From: an uncultured Actinomycetes bacterium
GTDB taxonomy: Bacteria; Actinomycetota; UBA4738; HRBIN12
NCBI GenBank assembly: GCA_963799625.1
Contig: CAWCXU010000013.1
Span: 475,709-539,708 of the forward strand
DNA length: 64,000 nucleotides
Reading direction: 5' to 3'
Translations under genes and position numbers: made by a program
Notes under the pieces: generated by a model
The model's database searches: none
Told to the model about the DNA's origin: nothing
What the model saw: only the letters and a program-made list of their open reading frames with translations
In this document: positions 19,108-28,149 of the stretch, piece by piece
How positions within the stretch are numbered: position 1 is the first letter of the stretch
How the letters are laid out: every line of letters begins with the position of its first letter

Positions 19108-21147
19108 TCAGCCGTGCTCGTGGTCGTGGCGCTCGTTCAGGGCCTTGTCGATCGCGGCCCGCACGTCGTCGAACACGGCCTCCGGCTCCCGCGAAGCGTC
19201 GATCACGACGAACCGCTCCGGGTGCTCCTCCGCGATCCGCAGGTACGCGTTGGCGACGGTCGCGAGGAACGCGCCGCCCTCCCGCTCCATCCGGTCCGGG
19301 GCGCCGGACGATCGAGACAGGCCGAGCTCGGGCTCGATGTGCAACAAGATCACGAGGTCGGGGAACAAGCCCTGCGTCGCCCACACGTTCAACGACAACA
19401 CGTCTGCTTCGCCGAGCCCCCGTCCCGACCCCTGGTAGGCGAGCGAAGAGTCGACGTAGCGGTCGCAGACGACGACCTTGCCCTCCGCGAGCGCCGGCCG
19501 GATCACCGATGCGACCGTCTGCGCGCGGGCGGCGGCGAACAGCATCGCCTCGGCGCGCGCGTCGATGGAGCCGGTCGCCGGGTCGAGCAGCAGATCGCGG
19601 ATCCGCTCCCCCGTGGCCGTCCCGCCGGGCTCGCGCGTCACGAGGACGGGGATGTCCTCCTCGCGCAGGTGCTGCTCGAGCAGCGCGATCTGGGTGCCCT
19701 TGCCCGCGCCTTCAACCCCTTCGAAGGCGATGAACGCTCCGGTGGCGGGTGGTCGTTTGAGTTTCGGCACGAGGGCGAGGGAGACGGGACGCGACAGACG
19801 GTACCGCGTGAGCAACCGCCGCGTGTTGAGCGCGGCGACGATGATCAGACCACCGGCGGTCCACAACGAGAGCCGCGTGCCCGACAGATCGATCCGCTGG
19901 CCGCCGATGTAGAAGTCCCCGCCTCCCAGCGCCTGCGCGATCCACGCGAACACCTGCGCGAGCAGCGGGAACAGGGCCAACGACAGGAACAGCACCATCC
20001 GAGACAACGTCGTGAGCGCCGCGAACGTGCGGCCGCGGTACTCGTCGACGACGTTCTCCTGCAGCAGCGTGTAGCCGCTCACCCACGCGAGCCCGCAGAA
20101 CGCACCGAGCCATACCGTGAACACGACGGTCCACGACAGGTTCGGCATCGCGGCCATCACGATCAGCGCGCCGGCCGCCGCGAGGAGCGACGACACGAAG
20201 ACGCGGTCCCGCTCGAGGATGCGGGCGGCGGGGTTCGCGCTCGCCATCCCGAGCGCCATCCCGACGCCGAAGGCCGTCACCACCAAGCCCCAGCCGGGCT
20301 TGCCGCCGTGGACCGTCGTCGCCACGAAGTCCACACCGACCGCGAGCACGGCCCCCACGGCACCGAAGGCGATCGCGATCCCGCCGGTCATCGCCGCCGC
20401 GATCGTGTCCTCGCGCAGGAACCGGACCCCGTCGCGCGTGTCCCGCCAGACCCTGGACAGGTCCATGCGCTCGTGCTCGGCCGGACGAACCGTGCGGATC
20501 GCGATGCCCGCGACCATCGCCGCCGAGAACAGGAACGTCCCGGCGTCGAACACGAGCGCGAGCGACTCGGGATGGCTCGCGAACAGCGGCACACGCGCGC
20601 TCATGCTCTGCGCGACCCCGTACAGCACCGCGAACGCGGCGCCGCCGACCGGCAGCGTCGCGTACGCGCTCACGAGCACGAGCGAGTTGGCGTTCGCGAG
20701 CTGGCGCCTCGGGACCATGTTCGGCAGCGACGCGTCGCGCGCCGGCCCCCAGAGCAACGACAGGCACTCGATCACGAACGACAGCAGGTAGATCGCCCAC
20801 AGCTTCCCGATGAAGGCCATCGACAGGTACAGGGTCGCTCGGCCGAGGTCGGCCACGATCATGATCTTCTTGCGGTCGAGCCGGTCGATCAGCGAGCCCG
20901 CGATCGGGCCGAACAGGAACGCGGGGAGCGTGCGGGCGAGCATCACGCCCGAGATCGCGAGCGACGCCGACGCGCCGCCGATGCCCTGCACGATCGCGGT
21001 GACCGCGACGAACCCCACCCAGTCGCCGAACGACGACACCGACATCGCCGCGAGCAGTCGCGCGAACGGGCCGTGGGTCAGCAGGTCGCGAAGCGTCGCC
21101 GGGCGGGTCCCGCGGAGGGCGGCGACCTCGTCGGTGATCGACGACAC
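19108..21147 (-). CDS. tmk: Bifunctional MFS transporter / thymidylate kinase (dTMP kinase) fusion
   Basis: N-terminal ~450 aa with 12 predicted TM helices of MFS type. C-terminal Tmk: FIAFEGVEGAGKGTQ (P-loop), REPGGT, DRYVDSSLAYQG. Sits between topA and holB. Confidence 0.85.
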   Translation of the reverse strand: MSSITDEVAALRGTRPATLRDLLTHGPFARLLAAMSVSSFGDWVGFVAVTAIVQGIGGASASLAISGVMLARTLPAFLFGPIAGSLIDRLDRKKIMIVADLGRATLYLSMAFIGKLWAIYLLSFVIECLSLLWGPARDASLPNMVPRRQLANANSLVLVSAYATLPVGGAAFAVLYGVAQSMSARVPLFASHPESLALVFDAGTFLFSAAMVAGIAIRTVRPAEHERMDLSRVWRDTRDGVRFLREDTIAAAMTGGIAIAFGAVGAVLAVGVDFVATTVHGGKPGWGLVVTAFGVGMALGMASANPAARILERDRVFVSSLLAAAGALIVMAAMPNLSWTVVFTVWLGAFCGLAWVSGYTLLQENVVDEYRGRTFAALTTLSRMVLFLSLALFPLLAQVFAWIAQALGGGDFYIGGQRIDLSGTRLSLWTAGGLIIVAALNTRRLLTRYRLSRPVSLALVPKLKRPPATGAFIAFEGVEGAGKGTQIALLEQHLREEDIPVLVTREPGGTATGERIRDLLLDPATGSIDARAEAMLFAAARAQTVASVIRPALAEGKVVVCDRYVDSSLAYQGSGRGLGEADVLSLNVWATQGLFPDLVILLHIEPELGLSRSSGAPDRMEREGGAFLATVANAYLRIAEEHPERFVVIDASREPEAVFDDVRAAIDKALNERHDHEHG

Positions 21148-21156
21148 CCGGCCGCC

Positions 21157-23682
21157 TTAGGGTTCGTCGCTCGAGGACGTCGAGGCGACCGAGGCCGGCT
21201 CGGCGGCAGGCGCGCTCGGCGTCTCCTTCGTCGCGCGCTTCTTCGTTGCGGCGGGCTTCTTCTTGGCAGCGGGCTTCTTCTTCGCAGCCGTCTTCTTCTT
21301 CTTGGCGGCGGGCTTCTTCTTGGCGGCCTTCGCGGCGGCGCGGGCTGCGCGCGCGGCCGACTTGGCAGCGCGGGACTCGGCCTCGGCCTCGGGGTCGCCC
21401 TCTTTGGTCTGGACCATGTCGAGGTCGAACTCAGCGCCGCACCCCCAGCACCGGATCGACTTCGGGCGCTGGACGAGCAGCGAACCGTCGACCGGGCAGC
21501 GCGGCTCCTTCAGCGGCTCGTTGTTCACCGCGAAGTCGCACTCGGGATAGCGGTCACAGCCGTAGAACACGCCGAAGCGCGTCCGCTTCTCGACGATCTC
21601 GCCCTGGTTGCACTGCGGGCACGTGATCTCGAGCGAGCGGGGCGGGTCCTTCTTGATGTAGCGGCAGTCGGGGTAGCCGCTGCACCCGACGAACGGCCCG
21701 AACCGGCCGACCCGGCGCTGGAGCTGCTTCCCGCACTCCGGGCAGCGTTCGTCGAGCAGTTCGGGCTCGGCGCGCTCGGTGCCGTCCATGTTGCGGATGT
21801 AGCGGCACTCGGGGTAGTTCGGGCAGCCGATGAACTTGCCGTAGCGCCCGAGCTTCACCTGGAGCTTGCCCGGCTCGCGGCCCTCGGTCGGGCACAGCGG
21901 GCACAGCTCGTCGAGGTCCTCTTGGTAGCGCTCGAAGGAGTCCTCGGCCTTCTCGAGCGCCCGCTCGAACGGCCCGTTGAACTCGTGGAGCATCTGGACC
22001 TTGCCGATCTGGCCCTCGGCGATGTCGTCGAGCTCCTTCTCCATGTAGCGGGTGAAGTTGACGTCGACGACGTCGGGGAAGTGCTCGATCAGCTTGTCGG
22101 TGACGACGTAGCCGACGTCTTCGGGCTTGAACCGGCGGTCCTCGAGCCGCACGTACCCGCGGTCCTGGACCGTCGAGATGATCGACGCGTAGGTCGACGG
22201 CCGGCCGATGCCCTCCTCCTCGAGCTTCTTGACGAGGGAGGCCTCGGAGTAACGGGGCGGCGGCTGGGTGAAGTGCTGTTCGGGCAGCACCTCGAGCATC
22301 CGCAGCGCCTGCTCGGCCGTGAGCTCGGGCAGGTTCGCCTCGGCGTCCTCGTCCACCTTCTCGTCGTCGCGACCTTCGCGGTAGAGCTTGAGGAATCCGT
22401 CGAACACGAGCGTCTGCCCGGTGGCGCGCAACCCGTACCGCATGTCCCCGTTGACCGCCTCGACGTCGACGCCCACCTGGTCGAAGCGCGCCTCGGCCAT
22501 CTGCGTCGCGACGGTGCGCTGCCAGATCAGCGTGTAGAGCCGGAGCTGGTCGCGGTCGAGCACGCTCGCGAGGCGCGGCGGCGTGCGCATCGCGCTCGTC
22601 GGCCGGATCGCCTCGTGCGCCTCCTGGGCGTTGCGGCTGCGCGTCTTGTACCGGCGCGCCTCCGCGATCGTGTACGCCTCGCCGTATTCGGACTTCACGA
22701 GTCCCGCGATCTCACGCAGCGCCGTGTCGGCGATCGTCACCGAGTCGGTCCGCATGTAGGTGATCAGACCGACCGAGCCCTCGCCGGGAAGGTCGATGCC
22801 CTCGTAGAGGCGCTGCGCGGTCTGCATCGTGCGCCGCGCCCCGAACCCAAGCTTGCGCGCGGCCTCCTGCTGCAGGGTCGAGGTCGTGAACGGGGGGGAC
22901 GGGGAGCGCTTGCGCTGCTTCTTCTCGACCGCGGTCACGCGGTACGTGGCCCCCTGGAGGGCCTCGGCGTGCGTCGCCGCCTCGCCCTCGGCCCCGAGCA
23001 CGAGTCCCTTCTTGTCGGGGTTCGCGGCGAGCTTGCCGTCGGGCACCTGGACCAGCCGTGCGACGAACGGCTGCTCCGGCTCGTCGGGGGTGAGGCGAAC
23101 GTCGATGCTCCAGTACTCGACGGGGTTGAACGCGTCGATCTCGCGCTCGCGCTCGACGATCAGCCGCACGGCGACCGACTGCACCCGGCCGGCCGACAGG
23201 CCCGGCTGCACGCGCTTCCACAACAGGGGCGAGATCTTGTAGCCGACCAGCCGGTCCAAGATCCGGCGGGCCTCCTGGGCGTCGACCAGGTGGCGGTCGA
23301 TCTGGCGCGGGTGCGCGAAGGCATCGAGGATCGCGTCGCGGGTGATCTCGGTGAAGGTCACGCGGTCGGCGCGCTGGGTGTCCTCACCGAGCAACGCGGC
23401 GACGTGCATCGCGATCGCCTCGCCCTCGCGGTCGAAGTCCGTGGCGAGCACGAGCCCGTCGGCGGACTTCATCGCCCGCTTGAGGACGGCCACGTGCTCC
23501 TTCGAGCGCTCGGGCACCTCGTACTCGACCTGGAAGTCCAGCGCCGGGTCGACCCCGAGCTTGGACTTGGGCAGGTCACGGACGTGGCCGTACGAGGCCC
23601 GGACCATGTAGTCCGAGCCCAGGTAGCGCTCGATCGTCTTCGCCTTCGCGGGCGACTCGACCACGACCAACGTCTTCGTCAT
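21157..23682 (-). CDS. topA: DNA topoisomerase I with four C-terminal zinc-ribbon motifs and a Lys-rich tail
   Basis: TOPRIM N-terminus MTKTLVVVESPAKAKTIERYLG...GHVRDLP, catalytic Tyr region, four CxxC...CxxC ribbons (CPLCPTEG...CPNYPEC etc.), and a tail AKKKPAAKKKKTAAKKKPAAKKKPAATKK. ATG at 23682. Confidence 0.9.
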   Translation of the reverse strand: MTKTLVVVESPAKAKTIERYLGSDYMVRASYGHVRDLPKSKLGVDPALDFQVEYEVPERSKEHVAVLKRAMKSADGLVLATDFDREGEAIAMHVAALLGEDTQRADRVTFTEITRDAILDAFAHPRQIDRHLVDAQEARRILDRLVGYKISPLLWKRVQPGLSAGRVQSVAVRLIVEREREIDAFNPVEYWSIDVRLTPDEPEQPFVARLVQVPDGKLAANPDKKGLVLGAEGEAATHAEALQGATYRVTAVEKKQRKRSPSPPFTTSTLQQEAARKLGFGARRTMQTAQRLYEGIDLPGEGSVGLITYMRTDSVTIADTALREIAGLVKSEYGEAYTIAEARRYKTRSRNAQEAHEAIRPTSAMRTPPRLASVLDRDQLRLYTLIWQRTVATQMAEARFDQVGVDVEAVNGDMRYGLRATGQTLVFDGFLKLYREGRDDEKVDEDAEANLPELTAEQALRMLEVLPEQHFTQPPPRYSEASLVKKLEEEGIGRPSTYASIISTVQDRGYVRLEDRRFKPEDVGYVVTDKLIEHFPDVVDVNFTRYMEKELDDIAEGQIGKVQMLHEFNGPFERALEKAEDSFERYQEDLDELCPLCPTEGREPGKLQVKLGRYGKFIGCPNYPECRYIRNMDGTERAEPELLDERCPECGKQLQRRVGRFGPFVGCSGYPDCRYIKKDPPRSLEITCPQCNQGEIVEKRTRFGVFYGCDRYPECDFAVNNEPLKEPRCPVDGSLLVQRPKSIRCWGCGAEFDLDMVQTKEGDPEAEAESRAAKSAARAARAAAKAAKKKPAAKKKKTAAKKKPAAKKKPAATKKRATKETPSAPAAEPASVASTSSSDEP

Positions 23683-23806
23683 GCCTTCTACGTTCCTCTT
23701 TATAGAAACCCTCGGCCCTCGGGGCCTGCCTCCGGGGCCGGACCGTACCACCGCCTCAACACAGAACCGCGACGATTCCATCCATCTCGGTTGGTACGCT
23801 CCCGGC

Positions 23807-24517
23807 GTTCCCGCTGGTCACGAGGGAGGTTTCCCCCTGCTCGCCGTCTTCACCGACACGGTCCAACGGCTGGTCGCCGACAACGGCTACCTGGCGGTGT
23901 TCCTGTTGATGCTGCTCGGCTCGATCTGCATCCCCATCCCTTCCGAGGTGGTGATGGCCTTCGCGGGCGCCCTGTGCGCTCCGGCTTTCGCCGCAAGCAT
24001 CCTCGGCACCCCCGACGCCGCCCTCTCGGTCGGCTGGGTGATCGGCTGGGGCATCGCCGGGAGCATGGTCGGCTCCTGGCTGGCCTATGCCCTGGGGGCC
24101 TGGGGCGGCCGCCCGGCGATCGACCGGTGGGGCCGATACCTCTTGTTGCGCCCCCACGAGGTGGACCGGGCGCACGGATGGTTCGAACGCCGGGGCGAGG
24201 CCGTCGTATTCCTCGGCCGCCTCGTCCCCCTCATCCGAGCCTTCGTCAGCCTCCCCGCCGGCGTCGCCCGCATGGACCTGAAGCGCTTCACCCTGTTCAC
24301 GCTGTTCGGCGTGATCCCCTGGTGCCTCGGCCTCGCCCTCGCCGGCAAAGCCCTAGGCGCCCAATGGCAAACCCTCGAGAACTACTTCGCCCCCGCCGCG
24401 ATCCTGGCCGCCATCGCCCTCATAGGAGCGATCGCCTGGTGGATCTGGAAACGCCGCAGACTGGCAGCGGCCTTGGCAAGCGGAGACGGGCACGGACCGA
24501 GCGACCGTCTGGACTGA
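23807..24517 (+). CDS. DedA/SNARE-associated (TVP38/TMEM64) family membrane protein
   Basis: YLAVFLLMLLGSICIPIPSEVVMAFAG...FLGRLVPLIRAFVSLPAGVARM (DedA signature). The ORF extends to 23681, but the N-terminal 40 aa overlap the divergent topA start. The true, probably non-ATG, start is uncertain. Confidence 0.65.
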   Translation, partial: VPAGHEGGFPLLAVFTDTVQRLVADNGYLAVFLLMLLGSICIPIPSEVVMAFAGALCAPAFAASILGTPDAALSVGWVIGWGIAGSMVGSWLAYALGAWGGRPAIDRWGRYLLLRPHEVDRAHGWFERRGEAVVFLGRLVPLIRAFVSLPAGVARMDLKRFTLFTLFGVIPWCLGLALAGKALGAQWQTLENYFAPAAILAAIALIGAIAWWIWKRRRLAAALASGDGHGPSDRLD

Positions 24518-24573
24518 GCGAGCGAAGCGAAGCGAGGGAAGCAGGGAGCGAGGGCCATGCCCGTCTCCGCGAC

Positions 24574-25062
24574 CTACAGATTCGCCACCATCGTCCAGTG
24601 ATCCCCACCATCACCAGACTCCGCGACCTTCTCGAACCCCGCCTTCTGGTACATCATCCGCGACCGGTTGTGGACCGCGACCGACAGCGACAAGGCCTGG
24701 AACCCTTCCTCGCGTGCCTGGACCATGCACGAGCGCAGGACCGCCTCACCGATCCCCTTGCGCCGGTGCAGCGGCACCACCGCGATCGACAACTCCGGGG
24801 TCTTCTCGTCGACGAAGCCGTAGCCGGGCTTGTCCTCCTCGAAGAGCCGGTACCAGGCCGCGCCGACCGGCTCCCCGTCGATCTCGGCGACGACCCCGCC
24901 GTCGCCACGCCGGCCCCACCCCTGGTGGTAGCGCAGCATGATCGGATCGGCGAGCACCTCTTCGATCGGCTCGCGAGGCCAGTCGGGGTTCCACCGGGCG
25001 GCCTCGTACATCATCTTCCGCAGGAAGGGCAGGTCCTCCGGCATCACGGGGCGGATGTTCAT
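24574..25062 (-). CDS. GNAT-family N-acetyltransferase
   Basis: Acetyl-CoA binding motif A-like VVPLHRRKGIGEAVL, and motif B ...YQKAGFEKV. Confidence 0.8.
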   Translation of the reverse strand: MNIRPVMPEDLPFLRKMMYEAARWNPDWPREPIEEVLADPIMLRYHQGWGRRGDGGVVAEIDGEPVGAAWYRLFEEDKPGYGFVDEKTPELSIAVVPLHRRKGIGEAVLRSCMVQAREEGFQALSLSVAVHNRSRMMYQKAGFEKVAESGDGGDHWTMVANL

Positions 25063-25088
25063 GGCTCGATGCTAGCGCAGCCCATCGC

Positions 25089-27425
25089 TCAGACGGTCTC
25101 GGTCTCGCTGGTCGGCGTGCCCGACACCAGCATCGGCACCGAGGACAGCACCACGCGGTCCTCGTAGAGGAACAGCCGCTTGATGAACAGCGCGTTCTGG
25201 TTGTGCAACGGCAGCTGCCACCAATGGTTCACGATCACCTCGGGCACGATCACGTTGACCACGCTGCCCGGGTCCGACGAGTAGCGCCGCACCTCCTCGA
25301 GCATCGGCCCGGTCAGGTCGCGGAACGGCGCCTCCACGATGTCCAGCGGCACCCCGAGCCCGGCGTCGAACCACGCGGTCTCGAGCTTGTGCGCCGCCTC
25401 GGGATCGAGGTCGAAGTAGATCGCCCGCGTGACGCTCGCGTCCAGGGACCGCGCGTAGTTCACCGCACGGATCGTGAGGTCGTTCACGCTGGACAGGAAC
25501 ACCAGCGCGACCGTGCGGTGCGGGATCAGGGGCTTCCCGTCGACCCCGCGCACACCCTCGTGCGTGACGACGACGGGCACGTCGGTCACCACCACGTGCG
25601 GGATCCGAAGGAGCGACGCCTTGAGCCGCAGGAGATCCGACCGACGCAGCACGTAGGCGGGCAGACCCGATCCGACGAGCTCGGGCACGATCAGGTTCAC
25701 GACGTCGTGCGGGCCGAGATCCATCGACGCGATGGATCGTCGGACGCTCGCCGTCAGGCTCCCGGACCCGGCCGCCACGAGCGGCGGGGCACCGGCGCCG
25801 TACAGGGCCGTCCACTGCTCGGCGAGCTCAGCCGGCACCGAGGCGCGCGGGGTGAGCGCCCGCAGCGAGCGCGGGTGGAACGACCGGACGTAGCCGAGCG
25901 CCTCGGCGACCGCGGCATCGACGTCGCGGACCAGCAACACCACGTGGGTCTGCCCCGTCACACCCACCCGCTCGGTCCCGCGATGCACCGCCGAGCGGAC
26001 CCACGTGTAGTGGCGGTGGATCGCGTAGAACAGCGGCACGAGCAGCGCCATGATCAAGATCGAGAGCCAGGCGCCGTCCTTGAACTTCGACAGGATGACG
26101 ACGATCAGCACCACGAAGGTGGTGATCGCGCCGATGATGTTGATGACGATCGAGCGGCGCCACCCCTTCGCCGCGCCCTCGCCTTTGCGGCCCTCGGCGA
26201 GCCAGTGCCGCACCATCCCGCTCTGCGACAGCGTGAACGACGTGAACACGCCGACGACGTAGAAGTGGATCAGCGTGTTCAGGTCGGCGTCGAAGATGTA
26301 GATCATCAGCGACGACAGCAGCCCGAGCGCGACGACGCCGTTGGAGAACACGAGCCGGTCGCCCCGGTTCACGAACTGGCTCGGCATGAACCGGTCGCGT
26401 CCGAGGATCGAGGCGAGCCGTGGGAAGTCCTGGTACGCGGTGTTCGCCGCGAGGATCAAGATCGCGGCCGTGAACGCCTGCACCACGTAGAACCCGAGCG
26501 AGTTGTTGCCGAAGATCGCGACCGAGATCTGGGCGACGGCGGATCGCTCCTCGCTCGCGACGACCCCGTGCACGTGGGTCGCCAGGTAGGAGATCCCGAG
26601 GAACATCGTGACGGCGATCGTCCCCATGATCGCGAGCGTCGTCGCCGCGTTCCGGGCCTGGGGCCGTTTGAACGCCGGCACGCCGTTCGAGATCGCCTCG
26701 ACCCCGGTGAGAGCGGTCGCACCCTGGGAGAACGCCTTGAGCAGCGCGAAGACCGTGATCCCCGCGACCGCCGCCGGCGCCGCGATCTGCTCGGACGCCG
26801 GCACGACCGCCGGGCACCCGCCGAGGCACCGCACGGCCCCCACCCCGATGAGGACCAGGATCGACACGACGAACCCGTAGGTGGGGACCGCGAACAACGT
26901 GCCGGACTCGCGCGCGCCGCGGAGGTTCGCGATCGTCACGAGGGCGACGAACATGATCGACAGGACGACCTTGTGCTGGTTCGCCCACGGGAACGCCGAC
27001 CCGATCGCGAACACGCCGGCCACGATCGAGACGATCACCGTCATCATGTAGTCGAACAGCAATGCGGCAGCCGCGACGAGCCCCGCGAACGTGCCGAGGT
27101 TCTCCTTGCTCACGATGTAGGCCCCGCCGCCGCTGGGGTAGGCGCGGACGGTCTGCCGATACGAGCTCACGACGATCGCCATCAGCGCCGCGATCGCGAA
27201 CGAGATCGGCATCACGTACTTCGTGGGCGACGTCGTCGCGATCGTCAGGGCGATCAAGATCTCCCCGGTCGCGTAGGCAACCGACGACAACGCGTCGGAG
27301 GCGAAGACCGGGAGCGCGAGGATCTTCGGCAACAGCGTGTGCTCGAGGTGTTGGCTCGAGAACGCGCGGCCCACGAGGAACCGCTTCGCGAGCGATCCGG
27401 TCGAGGACTTGGCTTGGGCGTTCAT
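25089..27425 (-). CDS. KimA-family K+ transporter homologue (APC superfamily, usually annotated 'amino acid permease') with an enlarged, apparently duplicated C-terminal cytoplasmic domain (778 aa)
   Basis: TM core shares KimA/YdaO signature blocks: SDALSSVAYATGEIL, SYRQTVRAYPSGGGAYIVSKENLG, DYMMTVIVSIVAG, LTGVEAISNGVPAFKRPQARNAATTLA, LAANTAY, GVFTSFTLSQSGM, and C-terminal ...LHNQNALFIKRLFLYEDRVV. The cytoplasmic domain region occurs twice. Last gene of the HK1-RR1 operon (40-bp gap). Confidence 0.75.
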   Translation of the reverse strand: MNAQAKSSTGSLAKRFLVGRAFSSQHLEHTLLPKILALPVFASDALSSVAYATGEILIALTIATTSPTKYVMPISFAIAALMAIVVSSYRQTVRAYPSGGGAYIVSKENLGTFAGLVAAAALLFDYMMTVIVSIVAGVFAIGSAFPWANQHKVVLSIMFVALVTIANLRGARESGTLFAVPTYGFVVSILVLIGVGAVRCLGGCPAVVPASEQIAAPAAVAGITVFALLKAFSQGATALTGVEAISNGVPAFKRPQARNAATTLAIMGTIAVTMFLGISYLATHVHGVVASEERSAVAQISVAIFGNNSLGFYVVQAFTAAILILAANTAYQDFPRLASILGRDRFMPSQFVNRGDRLVFSNGVVALGLLSSLMIYIFDADLNTLIHFYVVGVFTSFTLSQSGMVRHWLAEGRKGEGAAKGWRRSIVINIIGAITTFVVLIVVILSKFKDGAWLSILIMALLVPLFYAIHRHYTWVRSAVHRGTERVGVTGQTHVVLLVRDVDAAVAEALGYVRSFHPRSLRALTPRASVPAELAEQWTALYGAGAPPLVAAGSGSLTASVRRSIASMDLGPHDVVNLIVPELVGSGLPAYVLRRSDLLRLKASLLRIPHVVVTDVPVVVTHEGVRGVDGKPLIPHRTVALVFLSSVNDLTIRAVNYARSLDASVTRAIYFDLDPEAAHKLETAWFDAGLGVPLDIVEAPFRDLTGPMLEEVRRYSSDPGSVVNVIVPEVIVNHWWQLPLHNQNALFIKRLFLYEDRVVLSSVPMLVSGTPTSETETV

Positions 27426-27465
27426 CGGCCCACGATGCTACGGCCCCGCCGGGCCGGTCCGGTCG

Positions 27466-28149
27466 TCACGACGCGTCGGCAACCCATCGGTACCCAACGC
27501 CCGGCTCGGTGACGATCAACGCCGGGGCCGAGGCGTCGTCGCCGAGCTTGCGCCGGAGCGCGCGGACGTAGGTGCGCAGGTACGTGGTCTCGGTGCCGTA
27601 CCCCTGCCCCCAGACGCGTCGCAGCAGCCACTGGTGGGTGAGCAGCTTGCCCGGGTTCGTCACCAGGACTTCGAGCAGGCCGTACTCGGTCGGCGTCAGG
27701 TGGACCTGCTCCCCGTCGATCGTCACGAGCTGCTTGGCGAGGTCCACCTGAAGCGCCCCGAAGACGAGGAGTGGGGCGTCGGGCTCACCCGAACCCTTGC
27801 GCCGCAGGGCTGCGCGTGAACGGGCGAGGAGCTCTTCCATCCCGAACGGCTTGGTGACGTAGTCGTCGGCGCCGGCGTCGAGCGCGGCGACCTTGTCGCT
27901 CTGCCCCTCGCGGACCGACAGGACGATGATCGGGACCTCGGAGAAGGCGCGCACCCGGGTGATCACCTCGGTGCCGTCCATGTCGGGCAGGCCGAGGTCG
28001 AGCAGGATCAGCTCGGGGTGCTGGCTCGCGGCGGCGACCACGCCCTCGTCGCCGGTCCCCACGGTCTCGACGACGTAGCCGTGCGCCTCCAGGCTCGTGC
28101 GGAGCGCGCGGCGGATCTGCGGCTCGTCGTCGACCACCAGCACCTTCAC
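27466..28149 (-). CDS. OmpR/KdpE-family response regulator (RR1)
   Basis: VKVLVVDDEPQIRRAL...LILLDLGLPDMDG...DAGADDYVTKPF; winged-helix C-terminus (LTPTEYGLLEVL...GVGYRW). GTG start overlaps the HK1 stop (GTGA). Confidence 0.85.
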   Translation of the reverse strand: MKVLVVDDEPQIRRALRTSLEAHGYVVETVGTGDEGVVAAASQHPELILLDLGLPDMDGTEVITRVRAFSEVPIIVLSVREGQSDKVAALDAGADDYVTKPFGMEELLARSRAALRRKGSGEPDAPLLVFGALQVDLAKQLVTIDGEQVHLTPTEYGLLEVLVTNPGKLLTHQWLLRRVWGQGYGTETTYLRTYVRALRRKLGDDASAPALIVTEPGVGYRWVADAS

